A stretch of DNA of 64,000 nucleotides from an uncultured Candidatus Saccharibacteria bacterium (GCA_964424265.1 CAYRHX010000002.1:3345-67344), one strand, 5' to 3'; shown: positions 46,187 through 55,762, counted from the first letter of the stretch. Translations and numbers: made by a program. Notes: a model not told the origin generated them from the letters alone.

Positions 46187-46567
46187 TTATAGATTCCCCT
46201 CCAATGCTTGCTCAAATAGCCTACATGTGGCCGTTTTTGTGCTGTTATTAAGAATTACTCCGACCACATCAATTTGATACTCACGCTTGTCCTTTATCGT
46301 CTCCATATAGAGAGATGCTGTACGCGCGATTTTCCTCAATTTTCTAGCATCCACCAGCTCTTCCGGACGGTAATCAGGGCTTTCACGTGAAACCGTCTTT
46401 ACCTCCACAAATCTGACTACCCCATCTTTTTCACCGATAATGTCGATCTCGCCCCATTTTTTTCTATAATTCCGTACAGTTATTGTGTACCCCTTTCTCT
46501 CCAAAAATTTGCAGGCGACATCCTCGCCCGCGCTTCCGACCTCCTTACGTGCGTAGCCATCGATCAT
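46187..46567 (-). CDS. YraN-family (UPF0102) PD-(D/E)xK endonuclease-like protein
   Basis: ...GSAGEDVACKFLERKGYTITVRNYRKKWGEIDIIGEKDGVVRFVEVKT... Start placed at MIDGYARK; the track ORF has a 46-codon N-terminal extension (to 46705). Confidence 0.65.
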   Translation of the reverse strand: MIDGYARKEVGSAGEDVACKFLERKGYTITVRNYRKKWGEIDIIGEKDGVVRFVEVKTVSRESPDYRPEELVDARKLRKIARTASLYMETIKDKREYQIDVVGVILNNSTKTATCRLFEQALEGNL

Positions 46568-46958
46568 ATACCTCGCATTATAGTCCAAATTATAGACAGG
46601 GTTCACGTGTAACGATCTCCAGGCGTTACTTAAGAAACGTCCCCCGGCCTTGTCCTTTACGGTTTTTGCACCTTCGATCCCCAAAATACGCCCGAGATGC
46701 GTCATATTCCTGCGGGAGCGAGTGTTTCATGTCCAAATAACGACTGTTGTCCGTTATCCACATATCCACTGAGTTGTCCCCAGTTTCGCAAAAAAGCTAT
46801 GAAACGCGAGCTTAATACTATCGGAAGGAATCTCCGTTGTTTCGGACACACCAACTCACCTGTCCTATAGAAAATACGGCTTCAACAAAGGACAAATTCA
46901 CTATCTACAACACAAAATTCCCTTGACTCCAATACCATATATAGAATAGGTTTGCCGT

Positions 46959-47930
46959 ATGAATAGAGCACGAGGACATGTTTCATATTATCAATTGTCC
47001 CTTCTTATAATTGTCGGGAGTCTTCTTTTGGTAACATTTGCACTCCCAACACATGCGTCAGCGCTCGAGATCTCGGCCCAGACTGCACAGATTTTGCCTC
47101 TTGGGGGAAATGGTTGCGCACCCATCGCCGCACGAGACTTTACTCCCTATATCTACGACGGCGCTTTGCACTCTTTTGAGTTTACCGTGCCAGATTCGTC
47201 CTACGTTGCGCTCGTTGGCTCGGTAGGAAATACCTCGATACCTTTCCAGCGCTTCACCCGCGGGATACGTGCGGATGGTACGCTCAGAATCCACATGGAT
47301 GTGGAAACGACTTCCGTCAGCGGATCACTGCCACTTTCTGTAACCTTGCTCTCTGCACGCTCTGGTCAGCCTGTCTGCCTAAGCATTATCTCCACCAATG
47401 TAGGTACGGCGCCTACGGCATACGTCCCAAGCGTTTCTTCGGACACCGTGCCAGCTCCTGAAAGCGTGACCGCAGCTCCAACCAATCCTGAGGAAGCGGA
47501 AACGACTCCCACAGTAACAGCAGGGGGAGAGAGTCCTTCTGGTGTCACTGCCGCACCCGTCGTGGGCACGTTGAAAAACCCGTTGCGCAACATTTGCTCA
47601 TCTGACGCTGTGGCTTTTCGCACATGGCTGATACTCCTCGTACTCTTTACGCTCCTTGTGGGCGGATCTCTCTGGGCTGAATTCCCAATGTCTTTGCCAT
47701 GGGCACGCACACCGGAGCGGGTTGCAACCATTATTCTCGCACTACTGCTCGCGCTCCTTGCTTTCTGGTACTTATCGGTCTCATGCCGCGCAGCGTTGTG
47801 GATGCCGATCTTGGCATTTCTTATCACGGTCCTCGGTCTGCTCGCCGCGTTTTGGAATCACCCACGTGTCACACAGCTTTTGCTCGTACAAGACGCGAAG
47901 ACCATCAAACTTCCTCAAGCAAAAAAGTAG
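46959..47930 (+). CDS. Hypothetical exported protein with C-terminal multi-TM anchor
   Basis: Signal peptide (LLIIVGSLLLVTFALPTHASA), Thr/Pro/Ser-rich linker, three C-terminal TM helices. Confidence 0.45.
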   Translation: MNRARGHVSYYQLSLLIIVGSLLLVTFALPTHASALEISAQTAQILPLGGNGCAPIAARDFTPYIYDGALHSFEFTVPDSSYVALVGSVGNTSIPFQRFTRGIRADGTLRIHMDVETTSVSGSLPLSVTLLSARSGQPVCLSIISTNVGTAPTAYVPSVSSDTVPAPESVTAAPTNPEEAETTPTVTAGGESPSGVTAAPVVGTLKNPLRNICSSDAVAFRTWLILLVLFTLLVGGSLWAEFPMSLPWARTPERVATIILALLLALLAFWYLSVSCRAALWMPILAFLITVLGLLAAFWNHPRVTQLLLVQDAKTIKLPQAKK

Positions 47931-47992
47931 GCCGAGCCACATTGCTGGCTTACTCAAGTGCTGTATAATCCGCTGCACTGCTTTTGCAGAGC

Positions 47993-48063
47993 GCGGGTAT
48001 GGTTTAGTGGTAGAACGCGTCCTTGCCAAGGACGAGAGCGGAGTTCGATTCTCCGTACCCGCA
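47993..48063 (+). tRNA. tRNA-Gly (anticodon GCC)
   Basis: GCGGGTA-t-GGTTTAGTGGTAGAAC-GCGTCC-TTGCCAA-GGACG-agag-CGGAG-TTCGATT-CTCCG-TACCCGC-A. Confidence 0.85.
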
Positions 48064-48127
48064 CAGACGAACCGCTTGTTTGTATTTAGACTCTCGTCCG
48101 CGTATGATGCATTGGTTGGTTTATTAG

Positions 48128-48199
48128 GCTCCCGTGGTGAAACGGATATCACAACAGTCTTCGGAACTGTCGTTCCAGGTTCGAATCCTGGCGGGAGCA
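48128..48199 (+). tRNA. tRNA-Arg (anticodon UCG)
   Basis: GCTCCCG-tg-GTGAAACGGATATCAC-a-ACAGT-CTTCGGA-ACTGT-cgtt-CCAGG-TTCGAAT-CCTGG-CGGGAGC-A. Confidence 0.8.
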
Positions 48200-48227
48200 A
48201 TGGCGTATCTTTTCGAGTTACAATATT

Positions 48228-49700
48228 GTGATGAAATCGAACGAACTGCCGATTCCGCAAGAGGTGCTTTCCCTCTGCAAGACACTGAAAGAGGCCCACT
48301 TCGACGCCTATTTGGTGGGCGGATGCGTCCGAGATCTGCTGCTCAACAAAGAACCCAAGGATTGGGATATTACGACGAATGCGACCCCCGAAAAGATACA
48401 AGATCTTTTTGAAGAGACCTTTTATGAAAACGACTACGGCACGGTCGGCATCGTCACGCAATCAGAAAATCCGCGATTGAAAGTGGTGGAGGTGACCCCA
48501 TATCGCATGGAGGGGAAGTATTCAAACGCGCGCCATCCAGACACCGTCAGCTTCAGCACAAATTTATCAGAAGATCTAAAACGACGAGATCTTACCATCA
48601 ACGCTATCGCCTACGACCCAACCACACATACGCTCGTCGACGAGCACGGCGGTAGAGATGACGTCGCTAGGCGACGCATTAAGACTGTCGGCAATCCGCA
48701 CGCACGATTCGAGGAGGATGCGCTGCGGATGCTGCGGGCTGTCCGGTTATCTGCCGAACTCGATTTCGTTATAGACGCAGAAACCATGGCTGGGATTTCC
48801 GCACAAGCTGAGCAGCTAAAAAAGATCTCTCGCGAACGCGTACGTGATGAACTCATTCGGATTCTCGAAAGCGATCGCCCTATGCAGGCGCTGTATGTGG
48901 CCCAAAAGCTCGGTCTTTTACGGCATGTCATTCCCGAACTCGAGGAGGGGATCGGGTGCGCGCAAAACCAAGCGCATTCCTTTGATGTGTTCGAGCACCT
49001 TATGCGCGCGCTCCAATATGCGGCAGATCAGAAATGGTCACTCGATGTGCGCCTTGCCGCGCTCCTCCACGATGTGGGCAAGCCAGCGACCCGATTGTGG
49101 TCGGATGAGAAAAAAGACTGGACATTCCACGGACACGACGTGGTGAGCGCAAAGATGACAAAACGAATTCTTGCTGATTTACGCTTTCCCAAAGAAACAA
49201 TCGAGAAGGTATCTAAACTCGTCCGATTGCATATGTTTTTCTCCGATCCCGACCAAATCACCCTCTCCGCAGTTCGTCGCGTCATATCAAAGGTTGGTAC
49301 GGAACACATTACCGATCTCCTCAACCTACGCGTATGTGATCGTATCGGTACAGGGAGGCCCAAGGCGCATCCCTTTCGCCTGCGCAAATATATGTCTATG
49401 GTGGACGAAGCGATGCGAGATCCGGTATCGGTCGCGATGCTCAAAATCAATGGCACACGCCTCATTGAGCTTGGGGAGACCCCTGGACCCCGGATCGGCT
49501 GGATTCTACATGCACTTCTTGAGGAAGTGCTCGATGATCCGACCAAAAACACCGAAAACTACTTGGAGCAACGCTCAGGAGAGCTCAGGAATATGGAGTT
49601 CGAGGCATTAAAATCGCTCGGAGAAGCTGGGAAGGATCGGAAGGAGGGAGAAGATGATGCGGCAGTACAGGAATTGCGCAAAAAGCATCGTGTGAGCTAA
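48228..49700 (+). CDS. cca: CCA-adding tRNA nucleotidyltransferase with HD domain
   Basis: ...AYLVGGCVRDLLL...DWDITT... and ...RRDLTINAIAYD... are PolyA_pol head motifs; HD domain ...LLHDVGKP... Confidence 0.9.
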   Translation: MMKSNELPIPQEVLSLCKTLKEAHFDAYLVGGCVRDLLLNKEPKDWDITTNATPEKIQDLFEETFYENDYGTVGIVTQSENPRLKVVEVTPYRMEGKYSNARHPDTVSFSTNLSEDLKRRDLTINAIAYDPTTHTLVDEHGGRDDVARRRIKTVGNPHARFEEDALRMLRAVRLSAELDFVIDAETMAGISAQAEQLKKISRERVRDELIRILESDRPMQALYVAQKLGLLRHVIPELEEGIGCAQNQAHSFDVFEHLMRALQYAADQKWSLDVRLAALLHDVGKPATRLWSDEKKDWTFHGHDVVSAKMTKRILADLRFPKETIEKVSKLVRLHMFFSDPDQITLSAVRRVISKVGTEHITDLLNLRVCDRIGTGRPKAHPFRLRKYMSMVDEAMRDPVSVAMLKINGTRLIELGETPGPRIGWILHALLEEVLDDPTKNTENYLEQRSGELRNMEFEALKSLGEAGKDRKEGEDDAAVQELRKKHRVS

Positions 49701-50070
49701 CCCTGCTTCGCCAAAGCTACGCAGGATGCCGCTTCGCGGCAAAAGAAAATGCCGCCTCACCTGGCGACCCGTTTCTATTTTTAGGTCGCCGCCGTGAAGC
49801 GGCATTTAGTGTGTCTCCGTGCCTCTAAAAGCGACTTGAGATAATGATTTTCGGTACGTTTGCATTCAATCGATCACAGAGGTGATCGTATATATTTTAT
49901 GCGAGAGTACTTAGTATCGTTTTTACTCGTTTGCTTTTTGTGCAACGAGAGACAGAAAGAACATTCAGGAACTCTATTGAGTTCCTACAAGCAATAATAA
50001 CCTTCTATCGGACACTGTAAAGGACATGCTGGGGATAACCCTGTCCTTTATCGGACACGCCAAAAAGCGG

Positions 50071-50868
50071 CTACAAATCTATGTCCAATAAGATCGGGCA
50101 GTGATCTGATCCAGTGAAGCTGGGAAGAATCTTGGCAGTAGATATATTGGGAGCTAACCGCTTGCTCACGAAGAAGTAATCAATGCGCCACCCGATATTG
50201 CGCTCTCGCGCATTTCCAAAGTTACTCCACCAGCTGTAGTGCCCGTCACCCTGCGTGAACATTCTAAACGTATCGACAAATCCCGCAGCAATGATCCGGT
50301 CGACCCCTTCGCGCTCTTCTTTGGTAAACCCGTGCTCACCCTCATTGGCCTTTGGGTTGGCCAAATCATCCGGCGTATGCGCCACATTGAGATCACCACA
50401 GAAGATGACCGGCTTCTTCTTCTCGAGCTGCGTCATAAACGCCAAAAATGCTGGATCCCAGTGCTTGTGCCGCAGCGTAAGGCGACTGAGATCTGGTTTT
50501 GAATTGGGGGTATAGACGTTGACCACATAAAAGCTCTCAAACTCTGCCGTAACGACCCGCCCCTCTTCATTTGGATCGCCATATCCGTCTTTGAGCTTGT
50601 ATTTCTTGAGAATATCATCTGGGAAACCGAAAATAAGGCTCAGGGGCTTGCTTTTCGAGAAGATGGCTGTGCCGGCATACCCCTTGCGACCTTTCGAGGA
50701 ATTCCAATACTCATCGTATTCGGGCAAGTCCACTTCCGACTGATGCTCCTCGGCCTTCGTCTCCTGGAAGCACGCCATATCTGGTTTCACTTTCTCGAGA
50801 AAAGGGACGAGGGCGCCCTTGCGATGAATGCTCCGAATTCCATTTACATTCCACGAAATCAGTTTCAT
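50071..50868 (-). CDS. xth: Exodeoxyribonuclease III (AP endonuclease)
   Basis: MKLISWNVNGIRS...CFQETK...FCGDLNVAH...SWWS...GWRIDYFF...GSDHCPI. Confidence 0.9.
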   Translation of the reverse strand: MKLISWNVNGIRSIHRKGALVPFLEKVKPDMACFQETKAEEHQSEVDLPEYDEYWNSSKGRKGYAGTAIFSKSKPLSLIFGFPDDILKKYKLKDGYGDPNEEGRVVTAEFESFYVVNVYTPNSKPDLSRLTLRHKHWDPAFLAFMTQLEKKKPVIFCGDLNVAHTPDDLANPKANEGEHGFTKEEREGVDRIIAAGFVDTFRMFTQGDGHYSWWSNFGNARERNIGWRIDYFFVSKRLAPNISTAKILPSFTGSDHCPILLDIDL

Positions 50869-50886
50869 GAAGAAATCCTATCACGC

Positions 50887-51822
50887 CTACTTCCTCCGCT
50901 TTCCGTGGAAAGATTTGTGCACCTCTCGGAGATGCTTGTCGGTCACGTGCGTATAGACCTGCGTCGTTGCAATGTTGGCGTGTCCAAGAAGCGCCTGCAC
51001 CGAGCGAAGGTCCGCCCCATTTTCGAGTAGATCGGTGGCAAAGCTGTGGCGGATCACGTGCGGTGTCACTTTGCGTGTGATGCCCGCCTTAATCGCATAC
51101 TGCTTCACAAGCCGCTCGACTGATCGGGGAGTGATGCGCGAAAGATCTTTGTTTACCCTAAGCGTAGTCGAAAAGCCTTTTCCACCACCTTTCCCATACG
51201 ACACAAACAGGGCATCACTCATATCACCCCGCTTTTTGATATACGCCGCGACCGCTTCCTTCGCAGAAGGAGAGAGGAAGACCACGCGTACTTTCTCACC
51301 CTTGCCACGTACCGAAAACTCGTCGCGCGTGAGATCAAGATCCTGATTCAAATTACACAACTCCGACACACGCAAGCCTGTAGAAAAAAGTAGCTCAAGT
51401 ATCGCGCGATCACGGAGCGCGGGAAGCTCGTCGCCTGTCGGCGCTTTCATGATGCGATTCAACTCATCGGCAGTGATGAGATCGAGATCGCGGCCACCCA
51501 CTTTCGCAAGCTCGATGCGCTCGGGATTGAGCGATTCGACATCGCGCTTGCGAAGAAACTTGAGGAACGCGCGTAGCGCAATGAGGTGGTAATTTTGCGT
51601 GTTCTTCTTCATCGTGCCCGCGACGCCACTCGAGCGATTAAGCGTAATCCGAAATTCACGGACCTTCTGCTCTGTGATATCACGCGGGGAAGAGACCTTT
51701 GCGAAATTGAGAAAACGCATGATGTAGCGATCGTAATTTTCGACCGTCTTCACGCTCCGTCCTTTTTCGATCTCGATGTATTCGAGGAATTGCGTTTTGA
51801 GAGATTTGAGGTCAGTGGCCAC
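50887..51822 (-). CDS. xerD: Tyrosine site-specific recombinase, XerC/XerD family
   Basis: N-terminal SAM-like domain; catalytic core ...TGLRVSEL... / ...HVIRHSFATDLLENGADLRSVQALLGHANIATTQVYTHV. Confidence 0.85.
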   Translation of the reverse strand: MATDLKSLKTQFLEYIEIEKGRSVKTVENYDRYIMRFLNFAKVSSPRDITEQKVREFRITLNRSSGVAGTMKKNTQNYHLIALRAFLKFLRKRDVESLNPERIELAKVGGRDLDLITADELNRIMKAPTGDELPALRDRAILELLFSTGLRVSELCNLNQDLDLTRDEFSVRGKGEKVRVVFLSPSAKEAVAAYIKKRGDMSDALFVSYGKGGGKGFSTTLRVNKDLSRITPRSVERLVKQYAIKAGITRKVTPHVIRHSFATDLLENGADLRSVQALLGHANIATTQVYTHVTDKHLREVHKSFHGKRRK

Positions 51823-51931
51823 ACACCTATTTTATCAACAATATTGTGCGACGCGACATTTGCCTATCCCTAGATCTTGTGGTTCAATACTTCCGCCGCA
51901 AAACTATAGCGCTTTGCGGTAAGGAGGGACA

Positions 51932-52120
51932 ATGGCAGAAAGACAGGAATCGCTCGGCCTGACGGCCGAGCAGATCAACGCTATCCTCTGGGGCCCTGGG
52001 GGCTCCGAGGATCACCCCAACGGAGGGATCGGTATCACCCGCGCCGAAGCGCGGGCCAACCGATCAATCGACTTCGGGGGCGACCGCGTCCCCGGGGTAG
52101 AAGACTCGCCCTCCGAGTAG
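51932..52120 (+). CDS. Hypothetical small Gly-rich protein (62 aa) with perfect Shine-Dalgarno and own terminator
   Basis: TAAGGAGGG 5 nt before the ATG; upstream hairpin CCGCAAA-N10-TTTGCGG; downstream hairpin GGGAAGGGGCG..CGCCTCTTCCC + T-rich tract (about 52125-52170). Confidence 0.35.
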   Translation: MAERQESLGLTAEQINAILWGPGGSEDHPNGGIGITRAEARANRSIDFGGDRVPGVEDSPSE

Positions 52121-52250
52121 GGCGCGGGGGGAAGGGGCGAGCACTGAGCCGCCTCTTCCCACCAATTTTTATTTCAAATACTTCCTCGTGAGAGATTAGT
52201 CTCAATCCAAAGTGGTGGTTTTTCTCTACTAAAATTCGGGGTCGCCACAA

Positions 52251-52308
52251 ATTACCGGGATTCCCCGCTTCTTGACACATTACCGGGATTCCCGGTAATA
52301 TTACCGGG
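52251..52308 (+). promoter_or_regulatory. Promoter/operator: TTGACA (52272-77) -18- TAATAT (52296-301) with 21-bp perfect palindrome ATTACCGGGATTCCCGGTAAT (52279-99) in the spacer, plus two more ATTACCGGG half-sites (52251-59, 52300-08)
   Basis: Seen directly; the -10 ends 8 nt before the ATG of the GHKL-ATPase gene (near-leaderless). Confidence 0.5.
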
Positions 52309-52309
52309 T

Positions 52310-53272
52310 ATGAAGATTCATCTCCCAAATAGTGCGTGGTTGGGGAATATTGATCCATTCCTACGACAATTCGATCCTACCAATCCAAATGAACTCCTCA
52401 TTACAGCAAATAAAAAATGGATCTCCGTACACCCTGTGATACTCACAATGATCGCCTCACTCGGGCAAACTGTCTCACCCAAGCATATCTCTTGCGAGGC
52501 ACTCGAAGCGACTTCGAAACATTACTTTGAGCGAATGGGGTTGTTTGCATTCCTCAAGATCGACTCTGGCATCAGGGTAATAAGTCATGAGCCTGCCGGC
52601 CGCTTCGTCCCTCTCACGCAGATCAAGACAGCATCGGAGCTCACGCAGTTTATAACTGACATGATCCCCCTCCTCCACCTTACGCCCTCCCACGCAGAAC
52701 CAATTCGCTATATCGTTAGTGAGCTGGTGCGCAATGTAATTGAACATGCAAGATCTCCGCACGGCGCGTTCGTCGCTGCGCAATACTATGAAAAGAGCAA
52801 CTCGATCCGCATCGGTATCAGCGATGTTGGAGTGGGTATTAGAAAAACAATCAGTACATCGTACCCAGTGTCAGACGATCTTTCAGCAATACAACTTGCG
52901 CTGATGCCCGGTATCACAGGAACAACCCGACGCGAGGGAGGTACCGAACAAAATGCAGGGGCCGGATTGTTCTTCATCAAATCTATTGCATCGGTAAACG
53001 GCGATTTCTTTGCAATGTATAGTGGAACTGGATTATACAAACTCCTCAAACAACACTCAAAGAAGCGGCACGTCCTTCACGCTAATCCAGAAAAAGATCG
53101 GCATTCATCGGGCAACAATTTTCCTGCATGGCCCGGGACTGCAGTCGGCATTGACATGAAGCTGGACGAAAACGAGACATTTTCAACACTTCTAGACCAT
53201 ATACGAAACACCTACTCTCGAGCCGTGCGTGAACGACGACAATCTCGTTACAAGAAACCTACCTTTATATGA
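52310..53272 (+). CDS. GHKL/HATPase_c-domain protein with N-terminal domain of unknown function (320 aa)
   Basis: N-box IVSELVRNVIEHA, G1 ISDVGVGI, G2 NAGAGLFFIKS; no His-kinase DHp/HisKA region; N-terminal 130 aa unrecognised. Confidence 0.6.
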   Translation: MKIHLPNSAWLGNIDPFLRQFDPTNPNELLITANKKWISVHPVILTMIASLGQTVSPKHISCEALEATSKHYFERMGLFAFLKIDSGIRVISHEPAGRFVPLTQIKTASELTQFITDMIPLLHLTPSHAEPIRYIVSELVRNVIEHARSPHGAFVAAQYYEKSNSIRIGISDVGVGIRKTISTSYPVSDDLSAIQLALMPGITGTTRREGGTEQNAGAGLFFIKSIASVNGDFFAMYSGTGLYKLLKQHSKKRHVLHANPEKDRHSSGNNFPAWPGTAVGIDMKLDENETFSTLLDHIRNTYSRAVRERRQSRYKKPTFI

Positions 53273-53559
53273 CACTTATTGATCTTCATGCGGCAGTCGG
53301 TGATTTTGCCGAAAACAAAGACATCGCACGCGACATTCGTTTACAGAAGATTATTCCCGCCCTAGAACGAGGGGAAGAAGTAGTTCTTGATTTCGAATCC
53401 GTCTCTGGAGCGACGCAATCTTTTATACACGCTCTGATCAGCGATGTATTTCGACTCTATGGCAGCGATACACTGGATCACATCACTTTCAAGAATTGCA
53501 ACGAAACAGTCCAGAAGGTCATCACTATCGTATCCGAATATATGCAAGAATCAACGTAA
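53269..53559 (+). CDS. DUF4325-like STAS-fold protein (96 aa), translationally coupled to the GHKL protein
   Basis: ...VVLDFESVSGATQSFIHALISDVFRLYG... matches the DUF4325 (STAS-like) pattern as I recall it; 4-nt start/stop overlap (ATGA). Confidence 0.55.
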   Translation: MTLIDLHAAVGDFAENKDIARDIRLQKIIPALERGEEVVLDFESVSGATQSFIHALISDVFRLYGSDTLDHITFKNCNETVQKVITIVSEYMQEST

Positions 53560-53619
53560 GGCACCGATCGTTTGGCTAAGTCAAGAAAACCGCCTCTCTG
53601 CGTGCGCCCCTATGGTCAC

Positions 53620-54780
53620 CTATCGTAGGTATTTTTTCTTCTTCAATTTTTCAGGCAAAAAAGATTCGGTATCACCTGTCCCGAGTTTACTCGAGGGATA
53701 CATTTCATATCCCTTTCCATAATCCAATCCCTTCATGAGCTTCGTCGGTGCGTTGCGTACCTTGAGAGGGATGAGGAGATTGCCGAATTTTTTTACATCA
53801 TCGAGTGCCTCGAAAATCGCGTCGTACGCACGACGATCTTTTTTGCACTGTGCCAAGTAGGCGACGCCGTGCGCGAGGTTGATCGTCGCTTCTGGATATC
53901 CGATTTTATTGACCGCTTCAAACACCGCGTTGGCGACGACGAGTGCGGTCGGCTGAGCGAGGCCGATGTCTTCACTCGCAAAAATCACCATGCGTCGCGC
54001 GATAAATTTGGGATCCTCACCAGCTTCTACCATGCGCGCGAGGTAATAGAGCGCCGCATCTGGCTGCGATGCACGCATTGATTTTATGAGTGCAGAGATG
54101 GTGTTGTAATGCTCCTCGCCCCTTTTGTCGTAACGAAGATGCTTCGACTGCACCGCTTCCTTGAGCGTGTCGATCGTGATCTTGCCGTATAGATTCTGCG
54201 CAGTTTCGAGCGTCGTGATCGCCTGTCGCGCATCACCGCCCGCCATTTGAAAGAGCCACTCGCGCGCGGCCTTCGGCAATTTGATTTTCGTGCGGGCAAG
54301 TATTCTTTCCATCTCCACTTCGCTGTGCTCGTTCAACACAAACACGCGACAACGTGAGAGAAGGGGAGCAATAATCTCGAAGCTCGGATTTTCTGTCGTC
54401 GCACCAATGAGCGTGATGTCACCGCGCTCTACAAAGGGCAAGAGAAAATCTTGTTGCGCTTTATTGAAACGATGGATCTCGTCGACGAAAAGTATCTTGG
54501 GCCGCTGCGTAAGGAGCGTACCTCGACCCCCGATGACCTTTTTAATATCTTCTTTCCCAGAGTCCACGGCCGACAATTCATAAAACTCCGCTCCCACCGC
54601 GTTTGCGTAGATGCGCGCGAGCGTGGTCTTGCCGCTACCCGGCGGCCCCCACAGAATAAAGGAAAATAGCTCCTTCTTTTCTGTCGCAACACGTAGGGGT
54701 TTGCCCGCACCTACCAAATGCTCCTGCCCCACGAAATCTGCCAAGACCTTCGGCCGCACCCTTGACGCAAGTGGTTCCAT
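53620..54780 (-). CDS. rarA: Replication-associated recombination protein A (AAA+)
   Basis: ...ILWGPPGSGKTTLARIYAN..., ILFVDEIHRFNKAQQD, C-terminal MgsA helical domain. Confidence 0.9.
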   Translation of the reverse strand: MEPLASRVRPKVLADFVGQEHLVGAGKPLRVATEKKELFSFILWGPPGSGKTTLARIYANAVGAEFYELSAVDSGKEDIKKVIGGRGTLLTQRPKILFVDEIHRFNKAQQDFLLPFVERGDITLIGATTENPSFEIIAPLLSRCRVFVLNEHSEVEMERILARTKIKLPKAAREWLFQMAGGDARQAITTLETAQNLYGKITIDTLKEAVQSKHLRYDKRGEEHYNTISALIKSMRASQPDAALYYLARMVEAGEDPKFIARRMVIFASEDIGLAQPTALVVANAVFEAVNKIGYPEATINLAHGVAYLAQCKKDRRAYDAIFEALDDVKKFGNLLIPLKVRNAPTKLMKGLDYGKGYEMYPSSKLGTGDTESFLPEKLKKKKYLR

Positions 54781-54860
54781 GGGTTCATTTTACGCTGATT
54801 CTCCTTATACACACACTCGAGATCTTGCACATCCAAACATATGCGTTATCTTATCGGTAT

Positions 54861-55397
54861 ATGAATATACAAACCATCATCATCGGCATCGTCGTTATTA
54901 TCGTTATTGCAGTAGGCGGATACGGAATTTATAGTTCAAAAATGACTGCACCGGCTCCGACAACAGGCGCCACGGCCGCCCAGGCAACGGGTACACCTCC
55001 CACAGGAGGCGCAGATCAGGTACAAGGTCAGGACGTGAAGATAGGCACTGGCAGGGAAGCGAAGCCTGGAGACACAGTGTCCGTCCTTTACGCAGGCAAG
55101 TTCACTGACGGAACAGTATTTGATAGCTCGGCGGCACACGGCGGTACGCCGCTCACGTTTGTCTTGGGGTCAGATGGCCTCATCCCAGGATTCCAGGTGG
55201 GTATCAACACGATGAAAGAAGGTGGTCAGCGACTGCTCTCCATCCCCCCAGCTCTTGGGTACGGAGCACAGGATGTAAAGGATCCAACCGGCAAGGTCAT
55301 TATTCCAGCGAATTCCACCCTCATCTTCGAGGTGGAGCTCGTGAAAGTATCCGATACGCCAACTCCGGCTGCCACAACGACCGCACCTAAGCAATAA
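54861..55397 (+). CDS. FKBP-type peptidyl-prolyl cis-trans isomerase with N-terminal TM anchor
   Basis: ...VSVLYAGKFTDGTVFDSS...PLTFVLGSDGLIPGFQVGINTMKEGG...IPPALGYG...IPANSTLIFEVELVKV. Start at MNIQTIIIG; the track ORF starts at 54762, overlapping rarA. Confidence 0.8.
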   Translation: MNIQTIIIGIVVIIVIAVGGYGIYSSKMTAPAPTTGATAAQATGTPPTGGADQVQGQDVKIGTGREAKPGDTVSVLYAGKFTDGTVFDSSAAHGGTPLTFVLGSDGLIPGFQVGINTMKEGGQRLLSIPPALGYGAQDVKDPTGKVIIPANSTLIFEVELVKVSDTPTPAATTTAPKQ

Positions 55398-55421
55398 CCC
55401 CTCCGCTACAAAGCATCACTC

Positions 55422-55460
55422 AAAACCCCCTCGCGGCCGCCGGTCGCGAGGGGGTTTTCC
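55422..55460 (+). terminator. Rho-independent terminator AAAACCCCCTCGCG-gccgccgg-TCGCGAGGGGGTTTT
   Basis: Seen directly. Confidence 0.75.
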
Positions 55461-55495
55461 TTGCGTAAAGCCATGGAATGTGATATCGTTCAAAA

Positions 55496-55762
55496 ATGCT
55501 TACGAAGCGAAAGAAGGCCAACGAAATCGTCAAATCCCGCCGTCATGAGACAGACACGGGGTCACCTGAGGTACAGGTAACCATTTTGACGCGACGAATC
55601 GAGGAGCTTTCTGCGCACCTAGACAAGAATCGTAAGGATAAACACGGTCGCCGCGGTCTTTTGGGCCTCGTCGCAGACCGTCGCAAGCATTTGAAGTACC
55701 TTGAGGCCAACAACAAGCGCTCATACGGCACCTTAATCAAGAAACTTGGGCTCAAGAAGTAA
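55496..55762 (+). CDS. rpsO: 30S ribosomal protein S15
   Basis: ...HETDTGSPEVQVTILTRRIEELSAHLDKNRKDKHGRRGLLGLVADRRKHLKYL... is canonical S15. Confidence 0.9.
   Translation: MLTKRKKANEIVKSRRHETDTGSPEVQVTILTRRIEELSAHLDKNRKDKHGRRGLLGLVADRRKHLKYLEANNKRSYGTLIKKLGLKK

Noticed and set aside
49700-49810. Nested hairpins after cca (GGCGACC…GGTCGCC; AATGCCGC…GCGGCATT)
   Set aside because: Most likely an ordinary terminator at convergent gene ends; not distinctive enough for a separate finding.
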